64,000 bases of DNA from Limisphaerales bacterium (GTDB lineage: Bacteria; Verrucomicrobiota; Verrucomicrobiia; Limisphaerales; JAEYXS01): assembly GCA_965283725.1 (NCBI GenBank), contig CBDIPT010000001.1, positions 799,154-863,153 on the forward strand, in the 5' to 3' direction. The stretch's first letter is position 1; each line of letters starts with the position of its first letter. Position numbers and translations under genes: made by a program. Shown here piece by piece: positions 19,901-27,854 of the stretch. The notes below the pieces were generated by a model. The model searched no databases. It saw nothing but the letters and a program-made list of their open reading frames with translations, and had not been told where the DNA came from.

Positions 19901-20928
19901 ATGAGGGTGTGATGCTGACGCAGGTGCGCATCGATCTGGTGCCGGGTGATAAGCGGCTCCTCAACTTCACGCTGCCGCAAGATGCGCAATTCTGGTTTGC
20001 GTTTGTGAATCAGAAGGGCGTTTGGCCTTGGCGCGATAAGGACAAGATTCTGCTGCCGCTGGAGCAGCAATCGAAGGCGGATCAAGCCACGACGGTGGAG
20101 CTCTTCTACTCAAGCCGAATCGGTCAAAGCGGCGGGCGCAGTCTGGACTTGGCCTTGAACGGGCCGAAGTTTGATCTGCCGCTGGAGAACATCAGTTGGA
20201 AAGTGTATCTCAACGAGAAGTGGGAACTGAAGAGCTGGAAGGGGACACTACAGTTGCAGGAGGACACCAAGGTGGCGCAACCCGTCGCTGTGGATCAGCA
20301 ATCATATCTCGAAAATGAAGTGACCTTGAGCCGACAGAAGACGAAAGCGGCGGAGGACATGCTGAATCTCGGTAACAACCTGCTGGCGAATGGTGATCCG
20401 CAGCAGGCGCGTCGGGCATTCCAAAGCGCGTATGGCTTGAGCGGGCATGACAATGCCTTCAATGAAGACGCCCGGGTGCAGTTGCATAACCTGAAACTGC
20501 AACAGGCATTGGTGGGGTTGAACTTCCGCCAAGCGGCGGTGAATGGTGAAGCTGCGGCAAACGGCAATCTTAAGGAATTGCGGAATCGCAAGGACGTGGC
20601 CTATACGCAGCAGGAAGCGAAACAGATCATCGATGCGAACACGGCGGATGATAACGCGGTACTGATGCGGTTGGCGGAACGGATCATCCAGCAGCAGGAC
20701 GCCGCAGTGCCGAATCCAGCGGAGATCCGGGCGACCATCCCGCAACAGGGACGCATGCTGACCTTCCGGCGCACGGTGCAAGTGGATACGTGGACGGACC
20801 TAAACATCAAGCTGGAGGCGGGCGCGTTTCGGACGGCATCGAATGGGTTGCGCGTGGGCATCCTCGCCTCGTTACTCGTTGGGTTCATGGTTATCGTGTG
20901 GGCAATGGGGAAGCGGGAAAAAGTTTAA
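13930..20928 (+). CDS. giant (~2330 aa) envelope/membrane protein of unknown function, two homologous beta-rich halves separated by a 5-TM block; TPR-like tail and C-terminal TM anchor
   Basis: Uninterrupted ORF, open from 13741, but the first 63 codons are the palindrome array. The ATG at 13930 gives 'MLLSALVIGFMPMITSAAQ'. Hydrophobic helices are encoded at ~17128-17735. C-terminal 'GLRVGILASLLVGFMVIVWAM'. I recognised no catalytic motif. Confidence 0.8.
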   Translation: MLLSALVIGFMPMITSAAQVEGRDVSINGGVQDGKARIVIEGQFGPLIGEKEKVLFATAIQHSLLITREKHTHTINVVLDVLRGEPTELPLIINGQGEIKEVTGANLQDWSVRQENGSRVLVLRPRKTDKPLTQLIVSIQAEQTTRLLGTGLQTLSLTSPQASLMNGYLKVDVAPELSVQPINVTGLVPIEAKLLPEGLRPVLKPDQEEPLAYRFHGSAYSFPVTVTVADPEARRVVLRDFKLEGALSDRTAGFTLTATARVKNPKGGSVQLLSGEVALAELVPNADWRLKLDNGRFVAVFDKPGEYQLRIKFNAAVKQAAGWSSVDFKVANAALQPVVFQGLGADTQFNFEGAAKPERKGSEFQSFLPPDGAVKLAWKEMRAEAEGKLFYAAEMLSQVSIGSGMMRQVALLEGKIMQGELSKVVLQVRGQGSVTAVQGANVLAWKVEPVADSKERKLVVQFNQPQKDAFLLQVQMQTELGAFPQAVDAMQIQPEGATRFAGHLRVVNQGAVRLEVVQSTGLSQISPEQFPENDMTKSVLGGQGAQRFAFRFSSADFSLRVQADNVLPELSVSQLISYRLGETETVIDGEFELDIREAPLREVLLRVPKGYAIAGLSAGGLSDYFLQEPAGQVDAELRLVYGAPITGRQIIQLRLERNSALGQATWALPRIEVLKAKSTRGHIAVAADAGFRLTPERTVALTDIATAFFPRKIEGIQAAFRLSEPAWEASMRVERLPQSIQADAFHLFSIGEGIAYGSSTINFAISGAPVSSFLISLSDEYFNVEFTGKDLRSNWQKTTNGYVVTLNTPVSGAYTLLVTYERPFKAQGDTLTFTGARPMDAQSEQGHTLVVSAYQFQVKPSNVSAGLLPLETAEVPAEYRLFFDAPILAAYRYNARPFNLQLALSPLAQGETVSLIVDRAVLSTRISQDGEVLTDVRYFVKNRGNPHFRLKLPEGVTLWSATVNGGTVVPVKDGDANLIPLPQRADPSAVQTLDLKLASRSKTPSRVRVEAPVVTAPVLLAEWQIEPDAGYSLLYRGGSLVPTTGVADNSGFAGLARMMMSGDAKRHMLLFAISIIFVVLIWRWASKEGAYRFGPRHFGGGLVGVIALLLAGTHFLSLQEMAKRQQEVPEAKLSFLAPVQQSNSVLSVEVANVTGSQAAGTSLVHAWPVALALVIWGVALLSPRGLKQSLGIAFGWTLIAWTTLRWPNGAGLFLLLLLAFLIVHVLWPGLRRLGRVPHPPEPPVEGQAATTALLLCGLLWLSALPLNAAVPPQTSVAGIPDIGVAESVVQDIRVEEKFAMATAKIRWVAMKNQTLPVVADPAVLTGINYPTNSLTLVQVFANGKRTQQLLAQAAGTYDIEVQYQLHVTQRNAVNGFELPTQQGLINRLTLTLPEQDVEMDALNAVSVVSNVATNNTTVSTLVLTPTANAWIGWKPRSRDVKREKPVFFVETFQLYAPAAGVVEGVHRVEVRPAQGELSEMIFTIPKGATITDVLDPITGKASIVSLWRFDPDTRQLRVGLAPAQSRPFALVVRSQVATGPLPFEKSVGLLQVNGAAGQLGSVGVATGSEVQLDNVTAEALSAINLEDFPGSTLQPLRGQIVGLTLRRAFRSADAKGNVSLKVSAVEPDVRVETQETLSLGEDRTVLAVKAVMAVSRAGIFRVSFVLPTGLDVESINGNAISHWTELKATEGRIITLHLKGKTEGQEEFNVNLTGVGIKAAKGVVVPHVTFREASKQRGQLVIVPEQGMRLQVGAREGVTQLDPQKSGIRQKGVLVFRLLQPQWTLGLDIEQVDAWVQVTGLQHVTISEAQVKVAANLQYQIENTGLKALRVRLPANAESVHFRGDQVADYLPVPGLATNQWQTWDVKLHRRVIGKYLLQAAWQTPVAQAATTTVVQGIQAMDANLQRGFVTVQSGGRLQARADVIPAALQPAEWQSIPRALLQDIPAATANQTYRLVEPSYALALTLERHEATKLLPARVNSVVLSSVISDEGVMLTQVRIDLVPGDKRLLNFTLPQDAQFWFAFVNQKGVWPWRDKDKILLPLEQQSKADQATTVELFYSSRIGQSGGRSLDLALNGPKFDLPLENISWKVYLNEKWELKSWKGTLQLQEDTKVAQPVAVDQQSYLENEVTLSRQKTKAAEDMLNLGNNLLANGDPQQARRAFQSAYGLSGHDNAFNEDARVQLHNLKLQQALVGLNFRQAAVNGEAAANGNLKELRNRKDVAYTQQEAKQIIDANTADDNAVLMRLAERIIQQQDAAVPNPAEIRATIPQQGRMLTFRRTVQVDTWTDLNIKLEAGAFRTASNGLRVGILASLLVGFMVIVWAMGKREKV

Positions 20929-20936
20929 AGGGGGCT

Positions 20937-21007
20937 CTTGCTTGATTTTCAAGCAGGATGAAGAAACACAAAAGCCGCTCAGGTGTTGATCACGCTGAGC
21001 GGCTTTT
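20937..21007. terminator. bidirectional terminator region between convergent genes (two hairpins)
   Basis: Hairpin 1: tgcttga (20939-20945) / tcaagca (20949-20955). Hairpin 2: 13-bp perfect stem aaaagccgctcag (20970-20982) / ctgagcggctttt (20995-21007), whose A4/T4 ends give a U-tract in both directions. Confidence 0.75.
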
Positions 21008-21023
21008 GGTGTTTAAAGATGAC

Positions 21024-24000
21024 TTAAGAATCCATCAGCCGCCGGGCATCATCGGATTCACGGGCAAGGCTGACAGGGATATTGCGGATCTCGGTGCGTT
21101 TGCCGTTACGCCGTTCTTCTTTGGAGACGACCACGAGCCAGTCGCAGTGTTCGAACGCGTAAGGAATGTTGCCCGTGCTCATGGAGAACACGCCTTGCAG
21201 ATCGAAGGCTTTCAGGGCGGTAATACAGTCTTTGATGCGCTCGCCGCTGAGCTTGGAGAAGGCTTCATCGATCGGCACCAGACCAAGTGACGGCTCCTGT
21301 TTGCGCGTGGTGTTGTAACGGCGATAAGCACGCAGATAGCTGGCGAGAATGGCGATGAAGTAAGGTGATTGATTCTCACCACCGCTGAACTTGCCGGAAT
21401 GACGATCCACACTGGTCTTGCGGCCATCTGCTTCTACGACTTCCATGTCGTATTCGTAGTAATGGCGGTAATCCAGCAGGCGAGCGGCTTCGGAGCCGTC
21501 CGGTTCTTCAGTCAGCATTTTTAGGAAGTGCGCGATGGCTTCGCGGAATTTCTCGCTGGCAGAGGTGAAGAACAGGTCGTCCTCGGCCACCATGGCGCTG
21601 GCTTCGAGCAGTTCGTGGTACGTCTGGTAATCGGGATTGCGGCGGTAACGCAGCTCGTAAGTGTTGGTGCCGATGGGGCGTCGCTTGAGCGAGGTGTTCA
21701 ACAGCGTGACGAGATCTACGACTTCCTTCAGCGCACCGTATAGCTTTTCCAGAATTTGCGTTCGGAACAGGCGTTCCCAGTTCTTGCGTTCGCGTTCGGC
21801 TTTCTTGTGATAATCGGGAATATCGCTTTCCTTCAACTTGCCCCATTGCTTATCGAAAGCTTCATTCGACTCCGCATCGGCGGGCAGGTCGTCGAACTTC
21901 GGATACGCAGTGGCCAAGGCACGCCGTTGGGCTTTTAGTTCTTCCCAAGCGGCAGCGGCATCTTTATCGAAGGTGTGGTATTGCTGATTGAACTGAGCAG
22001 CAGCCACATTCTTGACGGGGAACTCGGCCAGCATGGCGCTTAACAGTGATTCCATGCGCTTCAACCAATGGGAGACATCCGTCTCGGCACGGACCTCCTC
22101 GAACTTATCAGCGAATACTCCTACTTCCTGGCGCAAGGTTTGGAGGTTGCGTTCCAGTTGGCGCAATTCTGAACGCTTCTCGCTCTTGTCGAGGGAACGC
22201 AGTTCTTCCTCGGAATCCTTCAGTTTCACTTCCAACTGAACTTGCTGCTTAGCGAGTTTGTCGAACTTGGCGCGGTCGATCGTGTTGAGCTTACTGATGT
22301 TATCCTGCAACTCATCCCGCAAGGAAGGCAGTTGGCGGATGCTTACCAGTTCATCGCTCAAGCTCGGCGCTTGTTCGAAGAGTTCGCGCCAGCCATCGCC
22401 CAAAGCGCGGATGGAACGCTCCAGCGGCATCAGCTTGCGCTCTTCCGCTTCGAGATCGGCGGCTTGCGATTGTTTCCAGGCGAGCTGTTGTTCGAGACCT
22501 TTTTGGCCCACGAAGGGATTGCCGTCGTAGAAGCGCGGGCGCTCGACGAAGGCGCCGCGAGACATGAAACCATCCGTCAGAATGCCGTTCTGTTCCGGGG
22601 GCAGAGCGCGGAGTTCGTTCAGCGAACCAACGCAAATGAGGTCGCCGAACAACTGGTTGACGATTGCCTCGGCGACGGGATGCGAGGTGCGCAGTTTTTC
22701 CGCGAGTGAACCGGGGCGAGCCTGCTTCTTGAGCTTGAGTGCTTTGCCGGGATTGATGAGCGATTCGCGGCCGGTCTCGTTCCCGAGTTCGGATGCCTTG
22801 AGACTGTGATAAATCTTCTCGGCCTGTTCGTAGTGCTCGCTAGAAACGACAATGGCGAACTTGCGGGCGAAAGCGATCTCCACGGCGGGACGCCAGCGTT
22901 CATCGGTCACTTCGCAAAGCTCGCGCAAGTGCCGGGCAGGCAGACCGGAGCCGTTGGATGGCAGCTTGTGGTTCAAAGAATCCAACAGGCGCGTAGGGAA
23001 CGGGAGCTTGCCGATTCTGAGGGCGGAAATCTCATCGCGAAGCTGGCCAAGCTGACGGCGCAGCTCGGCGAGGCGATCCAGTTGCGCTTTCGCTGCGCGA
23101 TTGGCCTCCGAAGCAGCGCGTTGAGATGTCTCGGTGAGCAGGCGCAGATTCTCGCTGGCTTTGGCGGTGCCTTCGGATTCGAGCGCATGGATGGCCAGTT
23201 CAAACGCGGCAGCGGGAGCCAGTTCCATGTCGAGCGGCAGAGCGCGCAGTTCTTTCAGCCAAGAGCGGGCGTTGCGCACGCGACTCGCCAGGGCTTGATC
23301 CAAGGTCGTGCCGACTTGCGTCAACTGGCCGATCTGAAACACGAGCTTCTCATTGCGCGATTTTAGCTCGTTGTAAAGGCGGCCATCAGGAGTTTCGTTG
23401 ATGCTGGCTTTGAGGCCATCAAGACGGGTGCGGAGTTCCGGGATGGTTTGTTCGAGTTGCTTGGTGCGCGCCTCTTCATCGGCGAATTCCCGTTTCAATC
23501 CCTGATAACGGGCCTCATCGGCCTGCAATTGCTCGGCCACATGTTCGTGGCGAAGACGGGCTTCCAGATAGCGGACCAAGGCGCGATCCCGGCGTAGATC
23601 GCCTAAACGCACGTGGGTCTTGTGGATGCCTTCGAGTTTCTCGAATTGGTCGTTTAACTCATTCAAATCGCGCTCGTATCTTTGGAACGTGCGATAGCTG
23701 GAGGTGACATCCGCCACGTCCAGCTTGTCCGCTGATAGAATGAACTGGCGGGCGAAGTCGTTGAAGCTCTTCAGGAACGTGAAGGACATCGCTGTGGGCA
23801 AAAGCGAGCGCAGCACATTACGGTCGTAGTTCAGGTGGCCCGGCTGCGCCATGTCGCGCAAATAGGCTTCGATACCTTCCGGATAGATGCGGCCGGATGT
23901 GCTTTCCGTCAGGGCCTTGAAGGCATGGTAATCTAGCGGACGTTTCTCGGCGTCGAGGAAATCGCTGCGGTTCAGAGATTCGGGAATGTAGAAAGGCGTG

Positions 24001-24386
24001 AGCTTGCCATGCGCTTCGGCGGCGCTGGTGAATTCGACCCGGAGGCCCCAAGTCTCAATCTTCTTGCCTGTGGGCCAAGTGAATTCGAGTGCCACATAGC
24101 TGATGGCACTCTGGCGCATGTATTGGGTGACACCGTTTTCCTCTTCCTTGGTATCGCCCAGGCAGTAGCCCTTCAGCGAGCGGTCGGAGCGGTCACCGGT
24201 GGCGGATTGATTGAAGCGGATGAGGCGTTGATCGCCGACAAGCACCAACTGGATCAAATCCATGAGAATGGATTTGCCGGAGCCGGTCACGCCGGCGAGG
24301 AGCAAGTTGCCATCGACGGTGATGGATTCCTTATAGCCGTACCAATTCAGCGCGTGGATGCGGGTCAGTTTGATGGTCCGTTTCAT
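21024..24386 (-). CDS. SMC-like ATPase of the MukB/MksB/JetC class
   Basis: 1120 aa. N-terminal Walker A 'LLAGVTGSGKS', very long charged coiled-coil middle, C-terminal signature-like 'FSGGENQ' and Walker B 'LGLVPIDEAF'. Its start overlaps the upstream stop (ATGA). Confidence 0.8.
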   Translation of the reverse strand: MKRTIKLTRIHALNWYGYKESITVDGNLLLAGVTGSGKSILMDLIQLVLVGDQRLIRFNQSATGDRSDRSLKGYCLGDTKEEENGVTQYMRQSAISYVALEFTWPTGKKIETWGLRVEFTSAAEAHGKLTPFYIPESLNRSDFLDAEKRPLDYHAFKALTESTSGRIYPEGIEAYLRDMAQPGHLNYDRNVLRSLLPTAMSFTFLKSFNDFARQFILSADKLDVADVTSSYRTFQRYERDLNELNDQFEKLEGIHKTHVRLGDLRRDRALVRYLEARLRHEHVAEQLQADEARYQGLKREFADEEARTKQLEQTIPELRTRLDGLKASINETPDGRLYNELKSRNEKLVFQIGQLTQVGTTLDQALASRVRNARSWLKELRALPLDMELAPAAAFELAIHALESEGTAKASENLRLLTETSQRAASEANRAAKAQLDRLAELRRQLGQLRDEISALRIGKLPFPTRLLDSLNHKLPSNGSGLPARHLRELCEVTDERWRPAVEIAFARKFAIVVSSEHYEQAEKIYHSLKASELGNETGRESLINPGKALKLKKQARPGSLAEKLRTSHPVAEAIVNQLFGDLICVGSLNELRALPPEQNGILTDGFMSRGAFVERPRFYDGNPFVGQKGLEQQLAWKQSQAADLEAEERKLMPLERSIRALGDGWRELFEQAPSLSDELVSIRQLPSLRDELQDNISKLNTIDRAKFDKLAKQQVQLEVKLKDSEEELRSLDKSEKRSELRQLERNLQTLRQEVGVFADKFEEVRAETDVSHWLKRMESLLSAMLAEFPVKNVAAAQFNQQYHTFDKDAAAAWEELKAQRRALATAYPKFDDLPADAESNEAFDKQWGKLKESDIPDYHKKAERERKNWERLFRTQILEKLYGALKEVVDLVTLLNTSLKRRPIGTNTYELRYRRNPDYQTYHELLEASAMVAEDDLFFTSASEKFREAIAHFLKMLTEEPDGSEAARLLDYRHYYEYDMEVVEADGRKTSVDRHSGKFSGGENQSPYFIAILASYLRAYRRYNTTRKQEPSLGLVPIDEAFSKLSGERIKDCITALKAFDLQGVFSMSTGNIPYAFEHCDWLVVVSKEERRNGKRTEIRNIPVSLARESDDARRLMDS

Positions 24387-25051
24387 TCGCCTTTTTCCTC
24401 TTCTGCCGATTCATCCACTTCCGCTTCCACCACGCCGGATTCTTTCACGGCGGCGAGATAACGCGCCGCGTTCTTGTTCCAATCCGCCAGATCTTGAAAG
24501 GGAATCACGCGTTTCAAGGTCGGGTAAATCTCAATCAACGAACGTTCCAAGGCCACGTCCGGCGTGAAGCTGACGAGATTCTTGCGCTGGGCCAGCGAAA
24601 GGATTTCGCGCAACCGCGAAGGACTCGGCAGATGTTTCCGTAGTGGTTCAAACTTCGTCATCAAAGAGTCGTTCAACTGTTGCGCGGTCAGGCGTACGGG
24701 CGGGGTTTCACCACGATCGCGGACAGCGGTGTCGAATTCATACCAGAGTGTGAGCAGCACCAAGGTGGCGTCCAGCTTGAGGCGCAGCAGGAAGGTGGCG
24801 GTCTGCGGGACGGCTTGCACGGTGCGATCTTGATGTTCCCAATGCACCTTGAGATCCAGCAATCCTGCGAATTCATCCACCCAGACACGATTTTGATGGC
24901 ACCAGTGGTAGAGATCCATCTGGGCGGGTTCGAGGCCGAGGATGGAACCGCTGGAGAGCAGGCGGCGCAGGGCTTCGCCGAGCCGTTCACGATCGTTCTC
25001 GGAAAGGCGCGACAAGAGGCCGCCAGAAGGTGAGGCAGATTCAGTGGTCAT
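24383..25051 (-). CDS. MukE/MksE/JetB-like (DUF4194-type) subunit
   Basis: 222 aa with an acidic tail 'EAEVDESAEEEKGE'. Sits between the kleisin-like and SMC-like genes and is translationally coupled on both sides. The family call rests on size, position and composition, not on a diagnostic motif. Confidence 0.6.
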   Translation of the reverse strand: MTTESASPSGGLLSRLSENDRERLGEALRRLLSSGSILGLEPAQMDLYHWCHQNRVWVDEFAGLLDLKVHWEHQDRTVQAVPQTATFLLRLKLDATLVLLTLWYEFDTAVRDRGETPPVRLTAQQLNDSLMTKFEPLRKHLPSPSRLREILSLAQRKNLVSFTPDVALERSLIEIYPTLKRVIPFQDLADWNKNAARYLAAVKESGVVEAEVDESAEEEKGE

Positions 25052-26487
25052 TTCTTTAGCAAAGTGAAGCGCTCGATGCGGTAGAGCAGTTTGGTGTCGA
25101 ACTCCCCGGCGTCCAGGTCGCCTTCACGCCGTGGCACCTTGATCTCATATTGGCAATCCGCGGAGCGCGCGTGTAGCAAACACGCAATGATGTTGGCGAT
25201 GTCTTCGTCATTGTGGACATGTTTGCGGAGCAGTTCGCCGGAATCGATGCTCGCCCCTTTTTCCAATGGCAGGGAGGAAATGAAATGATTGGCACGGCTC
25301 ACGGTGAGGGAATCGCGCATGGTGTTCTCCAACTGGGCCAGCGCACGGTCTTGTTGCCGCGTGTCGGAATCTTCCAGCGGTTCGATCTCGCCCGCGGCGC
25401 GGCGGAGGCGTGGCGTGTAGAGCGATTCCATGCCGCCGATGATACGGGTGTCATGCAGGCGCAACGTGGGGAACTCGATGCCGAGGTTGTCGAGTTCGCC
25501 CACGCGATAACCGGCGAAGTGCTGGTTCAGCGTCTCGAAGAAATCTTGCACGCGGGCGCGATTCTCGCTGGTGGTCTCTTGCAGGTAGCGAAAGCGGGCC
25601 TGCGAACGGCGGGCGAACTCGGCGGTGCGGCGGTCGATGACCATCGCGAGCGGTTCGATATGGCCGAGCAATTCCTCAAGCTCGTTCAAACGCAGCCGCA
25701 CGCGTGACATTGCGGACTCGGGCGACAGGGTGGAATCCCGGCGCATCACTTCGGTCTGCATCTTGCCCAGCAGATCGACGTCGTTGGCGAGTTCATCCAT
25801 CGCATACTGGGCTTCGGCCAACCTAGTGGGCAGTCGGGCATGAACAAGCTGGGTGTAGCAGGCACGGCCGATACGCTCGGCAAATTGATCGAAGATGACT
25901 TCCAGATTCTCCTTCAGCGTGGAGCTGGCGAGCTGATGCTTGGTGTGACGTTCGATGGAGCGCTGCATGCTGCGCAATTCCGTCAGTCCGGCTTCAAGGC
26001 TGGCGATGCATGTTTCGATCTGGCCCCAAGGCTGATCGGCCAGGGCGTTGCGATTCGAGAGCGTGAAGCAGACCGAGATCAGTTTGTCGGAAAAGACCGC
26101 GGCTTCGGGATAGGCGATCTTGCGCAAGGCGTGCAGCAAGAGGGTGCCGTTGGGATCAAAAAAGATAAGCTTCTGCCAATCGGTGCGTTCCTCCTCCTGC
26201 ACCCAACCGGTTTTGCGCAATGTATCCAGAATGACGCGGGCCTTGTCACGGATGGTGCTGGCTTGGGCGAGGGGATCGGTCTCTTCCGGCTTCAGATCTC
26301 CGTAGTCCTCCACGACCTGCTCGACGAGGGCGAGGGCTTCATCCCGTTCCAAACCTTGGTTGCGCTGGGCCGCTTCGTATTCCAAGGCATGCAGAGCATC
26401 TACATACAATCGCGCCAAAGGACCGGCCAGCAACCGGAAGAAATCCGGCCGGACCTCGCGAAATAAATGGCTGGCGAGAGCGGACAT
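25048..26487 (-). CDS. MukF/MksF/JetA-like kleisin-type subunit
   Basis: 479-aa helical protein, first gene of the three-gene operon. Size and order match MukF/MksF/JetA. I cannot verify any motif by eye. Confidence 0.55.
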   Translation of the reverse strand: MSALASHLFREVRPDFFRLLAGPLARLYVDALHALEYEAAQRNQGLERDEALALVEQVVEDYGDLKPEETDPLAQASTIRDKARVILDTLRKTGWVQEEERTDWQKLIFFDPNGTLLLHALRKIAYPEAAVFSDKLISVCFTLSNRNALADQPWGQIETCIASLEAGLTELRSMQRSIERHTKHQLASSTLKENLEVIFDQFAERIGRACYTQLVHARLPTRLAEAQYAMDELANDVDLLGKMQTEVMRRDSTLSPESAMSRVRLRLNELEELLGHIEPLAMVIDRRTAEFARRSQARFRYLQETTSENRARVQDFFETLNQHFAGYRVGELDNLGIEFPTLRLHDTRIIGGMESLYTPRLRRAAGEIEPLEDSDTRQQDRALAQLENTMRDSLTVSRANHFISSLPLEKGASIDSGELLRKHVHNDEDIANIIACLLHARSADCQYEIKVPRREGDLDAGEFDTKLLYRIERFTLLKK

Positions 26488-26666
26488 GTGCGGAAAAGCT
26501 AACGGGCGGACGATAATAAATACAGCCCAACTGACAGGAAAAACGAAGATTTTATGCGGGCGGAAAATGACGGTTTTCGGGTCTTTTTAGAGCCGGTTTT
26601 TAACGTGGAAAAACAGTAGCCGGTGGTGGATTCCCTACATGGCGTGGTGCGGGTTATGCCCCTAGC

Positions 26667-27854
26667 TTGGCTCCACTCCAGATGAAAAAACTGTTGATAC
26701 TATTGGTGGCAGCCTCTGCCGCTTGGCAGGCGCAGGCCAATCCTATCCGGGTCCTCCATATCGGCAAGGAAGGGACAGACTCGGCCAAACACGCCCATGT
26801 GTTGATGCGCGAATTCGGCCGGGACGCCATCTGGTTTGACTACCAGAACGACCCCAAAGCGGTGACCCCGGACTTCGCCCAAAAGTTTGACGTGGTGCTA
26901 TTCGACCCCACCCGTAATGACATGCCGGCGCTTAAAGATGTTCCGGCTAAGAAAGTCATCACCGCCAATTTTTCTGGCGATGAACGCCAGTGGGTGGAAC
27001 CGAAGTTTCTAAGCTCGCTCAAAGACCAGATTGTGGTGGCCGCGGGTGATGCGCGTCGGAAGCAGTGGGAGGAATTCCTTGCTCAGCGCGAACCCGAAAA
27101 GCGCGAAGCGAGCCCGACCATCGCGAATTATGAGCGGCGCGCCGAGCCGCTGACGTTGCAGCATCCATTCACCGTGAAGGGCAGCAAGGAGCGCACACAG
27201 GTGGCACCGGATATGCATCTGGAGCTGTTCGCAGCGGAGCCGGATATCGCCAAGCCGATCGCTTTTGCCTGGGACGAGCGGGGGCGTCTGTGGGTTTGCG
27301 AGACGCGGGATTATCCGCACGACGTTCAACCAGATGGCAAGGGGCATGACTCCATCAAGATTTGTGAAGACACGAACGGCGATGGCAAGGCGGACAAATT
27401 CACGGTATTCGCGGAAAACCTGAACATCCCCACGAGCATGGTATTCGTGAATGGGGGCGTGATCGTCTCGCAGCCGCCGCGTTTCATCTTTCTGAAAGAT
27501 ACAAACGGTGATGACAAGGCGGATGTGCGCGAGGAAATCCTAACGGGCTGGGGCATCGGGGATACGCATGCTCAGGCGAACAATCTGCATTACGGCTTTG
27601 ATAACTGGCTCTACGGTTGCGTGGGTTACTCGGGCTTCAATGGCAAGGTAGGCGGGCAGGATATGCGCTTTGCGCAAGGCACCTATCGTTTCAAGGCGGA
27701 TGGATCGGCTTTGGAATTCTTGCATCAGTTCAGCAACAACTCGTGGGGCCAGAGCGTGAACGAGGCGGGGATCAATTCGGCGGCACGGCGAACAATGCGC
27801 CGATTTTCTTCGGTGGCATACCGGCGTCCCTCGTGCCGAAAGGTCTGCGGGTGA
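26667..27854 (+). CDS. PVC-type membrane-bound-dehydrogenase-domain / heme-binding protein, N-terminal fragment (frameshifted)
   Basis: Signal peptide 'MKKLLILLVAASAAWQAQA'. 'FAAEPDIAKPIAFAWDERGRLWVCETRDYP..EDTNGDGKADK..KDTNGDDKAD' is the family hallmark. Junk translation follows 27770. Confidence 0.75.
   Translation: MAPLQMKKLLILLVAASAAWQAQANPIRVLHIGKEGTDSAKHAHVLMREFGRDAIWFDYQNDPKAVTPDFAQKFDVVLFDPTRNDMPALKDVPAKKVITANFSGDERQWVEPKFLSSLKDQIVVAAGDARRKQWEEFLAQREPEKREASPTIANYERRAEPLTLQHPFTVKGSKERTQVAPDMHLELFAAEPDIAKPIAFAWDERGRLWVCETRDYPHDVQPDGKGHDSIKICEDTNGDGKADKFTVFAENLNIPTSMVFVNGGVIVSQPPRFIFLKDTNGDDKADVREEILTGWGIGDTHAQANNLHYGFDNWLYGCVGYSGFNGKVGGQDMRFAQGTYRFKADGSALEFLHQFSNNSWGQSVNEAGINSAARRTMRRFSSVAYRRPSCRKVCG

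Noticed and set aside
20958-21290. 110-aa plus-strand ORF downstream of the giant gene, considered as a possible fourth (JetD-like) gene.
   Set aside because: It starts inside the terminator region, runs antisense to the 3' end of the SMC-like ATPase gene, has no recognisable motif, and is far too short for JetD/MksG.
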